64,000 nucleotides of DNA. It comes from Diadema antillarum. Its lineage: Eukaryota. This document shows positions 12,601-25,900 of this stretch, piece after piece. A model generated the notes under the pieces. The model was not told the origin of the DNA, did no database searches, and saw only the letters and a program-made list of their open reading frames with translations. Made by a program: the position numbers and the translations under genes. Positions within the stretch are counted from its first letter, which is position 1; every line of letters starts with the position of its first letter. Location of the stretch: NCBI RefSeq assembly GCF_040938485.1, contig NW_027271606.1, positions 62,001 through 126,000 of the forward strand, read 5' to 3'.

Positions 12601-15600
12601 TGATTTACTTTGCACTATTCACACACGATATCCCCATGGTGGGTATATAAGCTATTGCTGGGTACAAGTGAAAATTGTTCATTTTGTTGCTTCATATATT
12701 TTGAATTTATTGTTACTCTGTTATCATGTTGTTGACCCCCGAGAATAACAGTGTAAATCAATCAAGGGGCTATCCCGGTAAAAGAATACTACTGGTAATA
12801 AATATGAATTTTCCATTTTTCTTGCATCCTTTAAGCTCAATTCCTCGAAAATCTTATTGGTTATTGTGATGTCACAACTGTCAAATCAGCTGATTTTTTT
12901 TTTCTTTTTTTTTAACTTTTTGATGTATTAAATTGGAAGCAAATTCCAGGTGATGGTGGATTATTGACCTTCAGAGAACTACATTTTGGCTTTAACCTGT
13001 TGAGGACAAGTCCCGAGTATACTCAGGCAGCTGTCTATTGGAAATTTGTGTTGTAGCAAAATCAAACTGTCCTCAACGGGTTGAGGGGAATTTGTAGTGA
13101 GTGCAAAAATAGATTGATAGAACACATCAGTGAGGTTTGAAATTAAAGGCACAATCTTTATCCAAATGTGTGAGTGCTTAAAGGTTGTTTGAATGTGTGG
13201 GTTTTTTTTCCACATACCATCAATAGTGTAGGAGGCTACCTGCTAGTGATGCTACAATAGTGGAATAAAAACAAATGTAAAGAGAATTGCATATATATTT
13301 TGAAAATTTTCAAACAGATATTATTTGACTTACAATTTATCATTCCCATGACAGAGAGAATATTACCCTTAACATTTCAGCAACAAGTCAGTGGAACATG
13401 TACTTTTCATTTTCTACTTTTAAATTGTAGAATTATCATTACTGTTTAATTACTGTGACATTGTGAATTATTGTAGGCTTGTTATCCAGCATTGACAACA
13501 TTTGAATTTCAATCAAAACTCTACAATTTCATACTGTCAGACCGGATTGTCTGATCCTCCTGAAACTTGACTGATGTGTTCTGTTGTAATATTTCTTCCC
13601 TCTCTGAATCCAGTGTATGTTTGGAGTGAATTGCCCTTTAAAACGATTGTACGTGCAGTACATTGATCCAATCTCATGATCTGATCTCTACTTTGGTAAG
13701 GACAAACAGTCTGACAGACCCATTCCCCTAAAAAAAAAAAGACTACCTTCAGTGTATCCAAGGTCACAATCTGCTCTCTACTTCACTAACAGTCTCACAA
13801 ACCCATAATAAGTAAAAGAATGTGCATGTACACGTATGTGCATGAAGATTACATGCATGAGTTGTCCTATGGTAGGCAAGTTGTTAGGTTAAATCTAGAT
13901 CATGCTGTCTGGTTGTCATGGCAACCCTGTGGGCAAATGGGAATGCATAATGTTCAAATGCATTATGGAGTTGGTCTATTTGCTTGTGCATGTTTGCTAT
14001 GGAGAGAAATCATCAAGGATGTGAAGGAGTAGGAAAAAGGTACAAAAAAAAAACTGTATCAAGGAAAAAACAATCTACAGATATTAATTGCTAGTGTATT
14101 GAAACAGACTGATGAAATGAGATAAAAGATATGGATGTTACTAGAAATGTCAATTGTTTATTTTCTACTTTTTTCTTGGTCATTTGGGTGCTGCAAAAGT
14201 AGATCTGCATTTAATGATATAAGACATGTTGTCATGAAATTACCAGGCACAAGGTATAGCTATGGATTAGAGATTAGCCCGTTGAAGATGAGTCCCGAGT
14301 ATACTGGGGCAGGTGTCTATGGGAAATGCGTGTTGTAGGGAAATCAGCCCATCCTCATCAGGATAAGAAATAAAACTTTAACCCATTGAAGACTAGTCCC
14401 AGATATGCTTGGGTAGGTGTCAGTGGAAAATGTGTGTTGTAGCAAAATTAGCTTGTCCTCACTGAGTTAATGCAATGATTGTATTAGACCAATAAAATTG
14501 ATCTTGCGTGGTTGATTGTCTGGTACATTAAAAAAAAAAAGATGGCAGGTGATATAACATTCATGTATTCAATCAGTGCATGTTTTTCTTATTTCCTGTT
14601 GAAATAGTCCCAGCGCCATTCAATATTACAAACAGTGTCCCAGCACGCGACTGAAGGAAATTGGTAGACAATAGAAAGGTTACAAAATAATAAACAAACA
14701 AAGGGAGACCGCCAGGCAGTGGGGGAGGGGGTGGGGGAGATCATACAGGAGCTTTCATTTCCTATGTGGCAACCATCTGTTCCTGTGCAGACCACATACA
14801 GTCTCTTTTTCCATGGGACAAAAGACATCGAGCAGTGGTGGTATATTGCCATCTCCCTGACGGCTATTGATTATAACTTCTCTGTGGACAGAATAAAATC
14901 CTTCAGGATTCTCATTATCAGTGTCTTGGAAATTTCAGAGATCTGACCAGCTGTCCTTTTCAACAGGTAGACAAGCCGAAATAAAGCAATATTCTATGAA
15001 GTGCTAGGGGAAAAATAAAGCAGTATTCCTCCTAATTATATACCTCAGGCAGGTGAACTATTTTCCGGATCTTGGAGATGAAAGTGGTTCCGTCAGTATG
15101 AAGGAGAATTGAGAAAATGAAGCATGAAAATTACTTCTATATTGGTCTGCATGTTTCTCCCTTTCCACATGAAATTTAATTTACATCACTTTATTTCTTA
15201 CTTCTTGGTGGGGACTGTAAGCTATACATTACAAAGGAATACCAGTGAAACTGAATTTATGCACCGCTCTTTTTTTATAAGACTTGTTGATTAATACTAG
15301 GTACTTTAATATCACGGACATATGAATTTGAGTTCCTTAATGTAAAGCTAAGAATGCTATTGAAACCTGTGTGAATGAATGCTACTTTCATCTTTTATAC
15401 CATTTTAGATTTAAAGTGTATCTGTACACAGAAATTTAGTTTTCTGACATTGTAGGTTATTGTACTGGTAATATCCCTATGAAATATAAGAGTGCAACGT
15501 TACTCACATACAGAGATATAGCAGTATATAAAGAGACATACAACTAGAGCAATCTCTAAAATGCAAAAAATTACATGCGCCTTGATCTGAGAGTAGTCTT

Positions 15601-18600
15601 CTGGCCTTATTGACTGCATTTGACTGCGTAGTCCAATAATTTTCTGTACGATCAGTGTACTACGATACTCTCAAAACACGCAAACGCACGCAAACGTCCA
15701 CGTACGCAGCTAGGTTGGTGCTACCGTGCCATGCCGGACCAGGCAGCCACGGCAGCCATGGCTCGATGAGGCGATACCGATAGACAGTATTCGATATAGC
15801 TGTGTGCAGATGGAGGCAAACAAAGGAAACGCGTGCACACACCGATGGTCTACGCGCGGCTACTATTTTCAGATCTGGCTACTATTGCAGCCCGCACTAG
15901 TGTGTGCTGATCTACAAAATTAATATGTCACAGTTTGGGGCATTTTTTATGATGGGATAGAATTTTCTCTAGAGTTCTTAGGACATGCTCTCACACCTCT
16001 CAAATTTAAATTTTAGGGGAGAGATTCCCTTTAAAGCCTTAGCTATTAAAGTACATAATAAATCCTTACTGGAAGTGTAGCATTTTTCCTGCTGCTACAA
16101 TGTATGCATAAGAAAGTTTGTGCTTTATTTTTCCCGTGACCATGCCAAAAGATTTCACATGATTGATTCCCGTGCTAGCACACATTGTATCTGTATCATG
16201 AAATGCACTGAGAAAGTAGTCTTCTGTGTATTTGTATGCAATTGAAAAAGAAAAAAAGAAAGAAAAGATGTGTGTGATTGAAAAGTGAAATATCAGTGTA
16301 TATATGTCCTGTGACCTACCAAACTCAAAAGAAGTGCAAGGAAAGTCTTGTTTCCAGCATAGAAAATAATATCATGGTGTATGATAACACTTCCTTTATA
16401 CTGCTGATATGAAATGTGGCTTTAAAGATCATGCTTACCATCAATATACCTTGAGTTCCATTCTGACTACGGTATTTTAGTTCTTCTTCTCTACATGGCA
16501 CAATGCGTCTGGTTAATGCTGGTTGATGATTATTGATGGTTGCCGTGGGTGGACCAAAAGGGGTCGGTATCAATTTACCTGTTTTCCCAGGGTGGCGTGG
16601 CATGTTTTCAAATTTGGATGATACAGGGACAAGTTCTTGGCTAGGTCTGGATCTCATGGGACTCCATCTCATAATGTGTGATGGCAGTTCTCATTCATAC
16701 ATTGGTGTGTAAGCATTCCTGAACAGCTGTGATATAACTGATATCCTGGAGCCTCAATTCATTAATGCTGCCCGTGAATTTGTAAGCTCCTCTTATTTTT
16801 AAGAACTCATCTTGTATGAAAAGGGCATCAGGTAGAGGTCATGGTGTACATAGTATTGCATTCAACCCGATGAGGACGGGCTAATTTTGCTACAACATGC
16901 ATTTCCCATAGACACCTGCCCGAGTATACTCGGGACTTAACCTCAATAAATCTTTCATTTCCCAGTGATTACTGGACTGGGTCTTCCACTGTTTTGCATA
17001 CTAGTATAAACAATGAATTTGAGAGATAGTAAACAAATATACCACGCACTAGCTGAGAGGCTCTGTTGAAATCATGGATGTATCGAGGTGGCAGGAATAA
17101 CACTATTTTCTGAGGGGTGCAGCACACCAAAGATAATTGTGCTATGTCCCTAACAAAAAAGTCCTGTGGTACTCCCTGTGGTACTTGTCGGTACCACACA
17201 ATGTACCACACACTTGTAATGTTACCACAGGAACTGTGTGGTACTGTGCCACAGGCTTGTAGGGTACTCCCTGTAGTACTTGTCAGTACCACACAATGTA
17301 CCACATAAATAAATGTTACCACAGGAACTGTGTGGTACTGTTTTACAGGCTCATGTGGTACTCCCTGTGGTACTGGTTGGTACCACACAATGTACCACAC
17401 AAACATATGTTAACACAGGAACTGTGTGGTACTGTGTCACAGGCTCGTGTGGTACTCTGGGATATACCACAGGGCAGTACCACAGGACATTACCACAGGA
17501 AAGTACCACAGGACAGTACCACAAGACAGTATACACACAAATTGTCCTGTGGTATTTTGGGACGTATACCACACGACAGTACCACAGGACAGTACTGCAT
17601 GAATTGTCCTGTGGTATTTTGGGACGTACCACAGGACACTACAACAGGAAAGTACCACAGGATAGTACCACAGGACAGTACCACATGCCTTGTTCTGTGG
17701 TATTTTAGGACGAACCACAGGGCAGTACCACAGGGCAGTACCACAGGAAAGTACCACAGGATAGTACCACAGGACAGTACCACAGGATAGTACCACAGGA
17801 CAGTACCTCACGACTTGTCCTGTGGTATTTTGGGACGTACCACAGGACAGTACCACAGGGCAGTACCACAGAGCAGTACCACAGGACAGTACCACAGGAA
17901 AGTACCACAGGATAGTACCACAGGACAGTACCACACGACTTGTCCTGTGGTATTTTGGGACGTACCACAGGACAGTACCACAGGACAGTACCACAGGAAA
18001 GTACCACAGGATAGTACCACAGAACAGTACCACACGACTTGTCCTGTGGTATTTTGGGACGTACCACAGGACAGTACCATAGGAAAGTACCACAGGATAG
18101 TACCACAGGACAGTACCACACGACTTGTCCTGTGGTATTTTGGGACATACCACAGGACAGTACCACAGGAATTGTCCTGTGGTATTTTGGGACGTACCAC
18201 AGGACAGTACCACAGGACAGTACCACAGGATATTACAACAGGACAGTACCTCACGACTTGTCCTGTGGTATTTTGGGACGTACCACAGGACAGTACCACA
18301 GGGCAGTACCACAGGACAGTACCACAGGAAAGTACCACAGGATGGTACCACAGGACAGTACCACACGACTTGTCCTGTGGTATTTTGGGACGTACCACAG
18401 GGCAGTACCACAGGACAGTACCACACGACTTGTCCTGTGGTATTTTGGGACATACCACAGGACAGTACCACAGGAATTGTCCCGTGATATTTTGGGACGT
18501 ACCACAGGACAGTACCACAGGGCAGTACCACAGGACAGTACCACAGGATAGTACCACAGGACAGTACCACACGACTTGTCCTGTGGTATTTTGGGACGTA

Positions 18601-21600
18601 CCACAGGACAGTACCACAGGGCAGTACCACAGGATAGTACCACAGGACAGTACCACATGACTTGTCCTGTGGTATTTTGGGACGTACCACAGGACAGTAC
18701 CACATGCCCGAATTGTCCTGTGGAGTTTTGGGACGTACCACAGGATAGTACGACAGAAATTCCTGTGGTAATTTTCAATGTATACCACAGGAGAATACCG
18801 CAGGAACTGTCCGAAATCCCACAGGAAAATCATAATGTGGTGCTATTCCACACAGAAGTACCACACAGCATATTAAATTCGTAAGTACCACAGAAAAATG
18901 CTACAGGATATTCTTTTTTTTTTCTTAATATTTTATACCAGAGGACTATCACATCAGGAGAATGTCAAACAACAGTACCACACAGGAGTACCACACAGGA
19001 AAATTGTAAGGCAGAATCTACTGAAATTTATTATAAAAATACAAACAGAAAAGCACATATCAATATTCCTCAATTAATTGATAGATGAGTTATGCTGTGA
19101 ATTATAGCAATTGATTTGCCATTACTTATCCTGTCCTATACTCCTACAGTATTACCTATTCAGTGAAAGTGCTGATGTAAAGCATGAGAAATTTCATAAG
19201 GACTTCTGTGGTACGTTACTCCTGTGGTACTCCTGTGGTACTCCTGTGGTACTCCTGTGGTACAAATTTTTACATAGCTCATGAATATTCATAAAAAGCA
19301 CTCTAGATTTTAGAAAATACATATATGACTTAAAAAGTCAAAGTATTAATGATGGAACTTACTTTGAACTTTGTGAAAGATTGTCTAATTATGTTATGTT
19401 ATTCCCAATATCATAGATATTGTTATGAAAGTGTAATTTCATATCTTGATAATAAAGTATAATCGAGTTAGTAACCATGCCTTAATGCTTTACGGATAGA
19501 CGGCCATATATATATGTACTGATACGGTCGATGGCTACCTAGGAATAGAATATGACTATATAGATCTATTATAGGACTAGATTGGCACTTGGCCATTAGA
19601 CTCTCGTTTGAGGTTATATGTTAGGAGTAGGACAGTTTATTAAGTAGGGCCATGTTTGTCCTGAAATCCATCACTCACCTATCAGGAATATTCCTTGATA
19701 TGTGACTAAAATTCTCCCAGATATTTTTTTTTCAATCTATCCTGTGTGGTACTCTCCTGTGGTACCATGGAAATGCTGTGTGGTACTGCCCTGTGGTAAT
19801 GCTGTGTGGTAATGATCAACCTGTGGTACTGTCCCAAAATACCACAGGACAGTTCCTGTGGTACTAGTCCTGTGGTACTGCCCTGTGGTACGTCCCAAAA
19901 TACCACAGGATTTCCTGTGGTACTGCCCTGTGGTACGTCCCAAAATACCACAGGAATTCCTGTGGTACTGTCCTGCGGTACTGTTCTGTGGTACCGGTCC
20001 TGTGGTACTTTCCTGTGGTACTGCCCTGTGGTTTATACGTCCCAAAATACCACAGGAATTCCTGTGGTACTGTCCTGTGGTATGTCCCAAAATACCACAG
20101 GACAATTCCTGTGGTACTGTCCTGTGGTACTGTCTTGTGGTACTGTCCTGTGGTACTGTCCTGTGGTACCGTCCTGTGGTAATTACCACAGGAGTACCAC
20201 AGGACTTTTTCGTAAGGGGTCTGTCACCAATGAACCCATAATTTCACTGGTGGTGCAATACAGTGAATGCTAAATTTCTTTTGTATGACTCATACAAATC
20301 TTTGATAAAATAGCTATAAATTGTTGAAATAAGATTGTTTACATTTCACAGTACAGATGATATCGTTGCGCTGTGAGGGATGCAGTTTACATAGTGGTTT
20401 ATTACTGTGAAAGTGGATATTTTTGCGGTGTTAAAATTTTCACGCATTTCACGCATTTCACGCAACCAGAAACTAGCGCAAAAATAAAAGCACGCAAATA
20501 TTTTTGATTGCTATATGTTCCTGTAGTTGATGTCTTGATCCCACGGAATTAAAAACATGTGAAACTCTTCTTACCCGGCCGAGCGCGAAAAATTAGTCAC
20601 GCGAAAATATCCACTTTACAGTTTACTGATACCAATACAGTTACGCATACTAATGATGAAAAACCATTGATTGACAGCATGGTATAGTGCACTATACCAT
20701 GAATGATATTACAGTACAGCAAATTTTTCTACAGCATTTTGTTTTCAACATCATCGACATCATAGCAACGTTATGTTTGGTCACATGACGCTATGTAGAC
20801 CAATCACTGAACAGGATTTGATTAATGAGGGATACACTGTAGGTGACATTTATCGTTTGTATATTTGTTGTTTTGAAAGGGTCTCCTAATTTGATCCATG
20901 GTTAAAATGTGGTATTTACTCTATCCATCAATAATTTGAAATATTTAAAGAGGATTAAAGACAATCTCATAAACTTTTTGGCTTTTAGCTGAGATTGTTT
21001 GATAGTTTCTCTTGCCCATTTTCTTTAATGACTTGTCTATTTGTCTTTCATGCAAAAGTTGTTAGTACATTTGACTTTTGTATTTTTGCTGAACGGTTGT
21101 ACTTTTTTACTGTTTTGCTTGTATTAGGTAAAACTCCTTGTTTCCTAAAAATACAAACTCTGTTCCTATGAGTATGATTCATTTGCTTTAAATTCTTTAA
21201 CCAGCAATGAATTTCATAGTACTGTTCATGTGACCTTTTTGAAGTTATTGTGTAACTATATTTATACCATCTGATTTTGATTACAGGAGCAAGAGTAATC
21301 ATTTTGTATTCTTTGTTGCTCTGAGTATTTAAGTCATAATTACTGAGAATAAGTATGATTTTAGTAATATATAGCATCAAGTGCGGCTGTGGCATTTGAA
21401 GTTGATTGTAATAGTAATGATGTTTGTATGATGTGTGTGCTCTTTTTTAAAAAAATACTGAATGGCCGTACTGCATATCAACTTCTGCAGAAATGATTTA
21501 AAGAGCTGTAGTTTTGACAGCATTTGCTGCCATTTGAATTATGCGCCCATGAGAACATTACATAAATACCCTTCAGAGATCCTCAGTTCCTAGTATATCA

Positions 21601-22929
21601 TCCATAGAAATCTGTCCCATCATCTTCCAATAGTCTTTCACTCAGTCTTAACTCTGTCTTCTGTCTTTCATCATCAGCTTCAAAATTCACTCCCCTTCCA
21701 TCAAACCACATTCCGGAATGATCTCCCATCCAGCACCAACACACAGGACTGTATGCAGCCCGTCAAATCCGTGTATTTACTTTCAATTGCCCTGCAATTA
21801 TTTTCTGCGTCACCAGCTGCCGGAATGCCGGGGATCTGCATCCCAGGATTGCTCCTAGTGGTGATGAGAGAGCGGAACATTTTATAACCCTATCATGACC
21901 AGGAGCAGCTTGCTGGGATACAGTTAATCCTGAGAGGATTAAGAAGGAGGATGGGGAAGAAATTAACTTGCTGTACATCCCTCTTTTCCTGGAATATAGG
22001 AGCATTTTATCAGATTTACAAAGAGAAGAATGTTAATAGCGATGTGGATCAGCTCACAAATGTCATTGACATGCAAAGCTACACATGGTGCCCCAAGCAT
22101 TAGGGAGTATAAACACTGTGATACTGTAATGTTGACATGTCCACAACCATGCAACTGATCTGTTGTCTATGAGCCCAAATTTCTCTTTGCCCATAAGATT
22201 AGTTGAAGGTTTCTTCTTTTGTGTCGGGTACATGTGTTTACAGAAGGCAAGAAGTGGAGTTTGTCTCTTCATTTAGGTAATGTCTGTCATATAGTTTGGT
22301 GTATTTCAAGAGTGGCAATAATCTCACCTCTACAGAATTTATGATCTACAGCCAAAACATAGTTCTCAGAAGGGCTCAGAATTCATCTTTCACCATTTGG
22401 AATTTACTTGCAATGTATCAAAAGCTCTACCTAGAAACTTGTCTGGCTGACCCAATTTACCAGGATAATGAGTTGTTTTTAGGATATTGAGATTAAGAGT
22501 GTAAAATAATTTCAATTGCATAACACAACTTTTATTCCTGAAGAGCCCTCAATCCCTGTTCAGTAGTGGATAGGTAGAACATTACATGTTAACTAAGCAT
22601 GCCCTAGCAATCATATATCCCGACAAGCTGCATGCTCTTCACGCTCACATGGAAGATATGGATATTACTATGGCCTGATTTGTCAATTGTCTATGATAGA
22701 TTATACCACCACAATCGCATTCTCAGATTGCAATACCATCAGTTTAGCTCTTAGGCTAATATTTTGTATTTTTATCATTGCCCAACTGAAAATTGTGATA
22801 TCAAAGCATTATATCACTCATTTGTTTTGCAAATATGTGTGTGTATATTTTTGAGCAAATATTGAGTTTCGGCAGGTACAGATGTATATAACTATGTTTT
22901 TCCTTTAACTTCAATCCCCTCACCCCCCC

Positions 22930-22961
<32 letters not shown>

Positions 22962-25900
22962 AACACTGTATGAAATGATCTCCCAGGTGGGATATTGCTA
23001 CAATTGTAACTTCAAGGAGAATTATACTTTCTTTTTCACCTCATTCTACTCCTATGGTTATTGACTGCATACTCAAGCACCCATCAAACTGTCTAGGAAG
23101 TTCCACCTGTTGAAATGAATGATGTATGGAGTATTTTATCCATTGTTGTTGTTGTTTGAGTTTATTTGGCTTACTATCTCTCCCAAATAAGAATAATTAC
23201 ACCAAATTTTGTATACAAATTGATTTTAATTCCAGTTACAACGATATGAAAAATTCAAGCTGCAACATTATCCGCTCTACGTATTTTTATTGTTTATTTG
23301 TTGGGTTATAACAAAATTTCAATATAACGAAAGATAACTGCCAGTCCTGAGGACTTCGTTTAACAGGAGTCCAGTGTAAATAATTTCTTTCTATGTTTTC
23401 ATTATTATCATTACAAATAATTTTGAAAATATCCTATACATAGATAATGATTGATTAACAGTCCCCTTCACTAGCCCTGGTTCAAGTTGCCTTTTGGCAA
23501 TGCATTATTTAGTATTTTACAGGGAGAGAGTTGTATCATCATATGCTTCTCTTTCTTTCTTTCTTTCTTTTTCAGTACCCGTCATACTTTGCCCTAAATC
23601 TGGCAATAACTGAGAACAAGATCCTTGAGGAGGCCAAAGCTCACGGTGCTAAGCATCCTGACAAGATGAAAGAAGGGGGCCAGAGTGATGAGGCTGACTC
23701 GTCAAGACTAGCGGTGAGAAATGGTGCCTTGGCCTTGAGCAGAGACTATTGGCTCTACATGCAAGCAAGACCGTGGTGTATTTTTAAAGGGATTGTATAG
23801 TATTGATGGAGATGAGAATTGGGCTTTTAACTTTTTGCGAGATACTTAGAAACCACTTATGAAATAGTACAGAGCATATCATTTTAAGAGGAATTCAAAG
23901 TTTATTAGATGAAAATCGGCTTTGGATCGCTGAGACATCCAAAAACAAAGTAAAAAAAGTGATCGTAATAAACGGTGGGTCCCACCTTTTATTAGGAATG
24001 CTCTGATTTGGATATCTCAGCCATCTTAACACCGATTTTCATCAAACAAACGTTGAATCCCTCTTTGAATTACATGCTCTTTCATATTTCATGAGAGGTT
24101 TCTCATTATCTCACAAAAAAAAAAAAATTGGAAACCTAAAATTAGGTCTATCCAAAACTATACGCTCCCTTTAAAGGTCCTAGAAATAATCATCTTGAAA
24201 TATTGACCAATCTTGAGATGGTATGGCGTTGATATCCCAGTGGGACTGAGATATCAGCTATGACTTGAATATTTTACAACAGTCAGCCCTCCTTTGAAAT
24301 GTTCCAAAGTCAGGTTAAAATATAAGATTGAGCAGAGAAGAAAGCAGTAACTTCTTTTTTTCTTTTTCAAAACAGTTGATAATGAAAATTAAGTCATATG
24401 ATATAAACCACAAAATCATTGGCATTTTTACAGAAAATATTGTCAAAGTAATTGTTTCTACTCAGCTTATCATATTTGTGATGGTGTAGTCAGATAAATC
24501 AAAGCAGTCTATGTATGATGCTGTTTATGATTAGTGATTAATGCTGATTATTTCCATCTTTTCTGGTCATAAACAGAGGAGAAATCTGCTATACCAGAAC
24601 AGCGTCAAGGCGTGGCTGAATTACTTCCGCAACGAGCACCGGTTGGTCACGGTGGATGTATCCTGTGGCGTCGGCGACCTCATCTGGCACCGAGTCTGCG
24701 ACTTCTTTGGACACGACTTGGAGTTCCTACCCAATAAGACAGTCAACACAGTTGTCCTCTTTGCTTTCGGTGAGCATGTAATATTAGCCTCCAGACAGTG
24801 TTTACAAGATTCTCATGGCCAAATTACGGTAGTCACTTGCTCAGAGCACATCAAGCATAAAAGCTAACTTTCCCCATCGAACATGAAGGTGAATAGCTAG
24901 TACACAAACACGTTTTGATACCAACCATGTGAACTCCCAGAGGTTCTTCATTAAACCAACAGTTTTGCAGTTTCTTATTATATGCAAGCATTGGATCAAA
25001 TCACACATCTATTAGTATCCGAACTGTGGAATATGATAAAAACTAGTGAATGCATGGTCATCATGTGTGCAGTTGAACAATATTTGGCATGAAACCAAAA
25101 AGAGAGAGAGACAGGATGCTATGTTCAACAAGGTGACCAACAGATTAAATAGAGCATCTCATCTTTCACCTTACACACAGTCTTGATTCATTGTACTTGT
25201 GTACTATTGTATAAAGTGTCTACAAACAAAGATTCATTTTGTCCAGGATTGATGATGACAACTCATCTGTTGTTGTCAGTGTTGTTACAGAGATGGTTAT
25301 ATCATACTAGGGTCAGCCTGCTGGTCAGCCTGCTGGTCAGTGGTGAGGGAGGGGGAAATGGGCATTGGGTAGCCACAAATCCAAAGTAATTTGTTCAGTA
25401 TTTGATGGCCAGGCTTGAACAGTAATTTTGTGACAAACTGTTGGACGTTTTAATGATTCCGTCTTCCCTTTTTCAGCTCCTTTCTGGCTGCTAGCTAGCA
25501 TTTTGCTGTGGCAACTGTAAATCAAAAACTAATCAAGGGACTCTTTGATTTCTGTGCAGTTTTTCATATTGTGTCTCTGAGCATACTTGAAAAAAGGTGA
25601 AATCAGGGTCCCTTTTCATAAGGGATCGCTAACGGATTCAATTTCAGGAGAGATACAAAATTTCTTTTATGAGTGGTTCCTACTTTAAATTGTCTGACAT
25701 ATTCTGTTTCCTGGCTGTGCACTTGGTCTCACCTTCGACCCCTGTCTTTGACCTTTGACCTCTTCCTCATCACAGATAACTATGACTACTCAACAATAGA
25801 TCTACAGCGATACCACATGGAACTTATACACCTCAAGAGCATCTTACCCAAGCCTGACATGTCCGTGGTGAGTGCCACAGAACTCAGTGACATCTCATAC

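Larger units (their letters stand above)
17148..20218. mobile_element. 3071 bp non-autonomous DNA transposon, CMC/EnSpm-like or foldback-like, with massive subterminal repeat arrays
   Basis: 28-bp TIR with 2 mismatches (CCCTAACAAAAAAGTCCTGTGGTACTCC / CCCTTACGAAAAAGTCCTGTGGTACTCC); GT dinucleotide on both flanks (17146-47, 20219-20); left and right arrays in opposite orientation; no transposase ORF. Confidence 0.85.

Noticed and set aside
14791-14837. Possible exon TTYSLFFHGTKDIEQW between AK-like exons
   Set aside because: Exons 9693 and 23576 already join in frame and match AK spacing; no convincing donor.
17162-20205. CRISPR-like appearance (palindromic repeats with spacers)
   Set aside because: Spacers are themselves repeat modules rather than unique sequence, the context is a eukaryotic intron, and there are no cas genes.
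16969-20273. Many long overlapping ORFs (up to 434 aa; VVLSCGT, PQDSTTG and YHRT repeats)
   Set aside because: They occur in all frames on both strands as a by-product of a stop-poor 13-mer repeat inside a TIR-bounded element; no splice or codon support.
21540-21960. Exon-like or RT-like composition on the minus strand
   Set aside because: All frames are interrupted and no recognisable motif series could be assigned.
22931-22960. Poly-C/G tract as a functional G-quadruplex
   Set aside because: An isolated homopolymer whose length is unreliable in assemblies; no supporting context.
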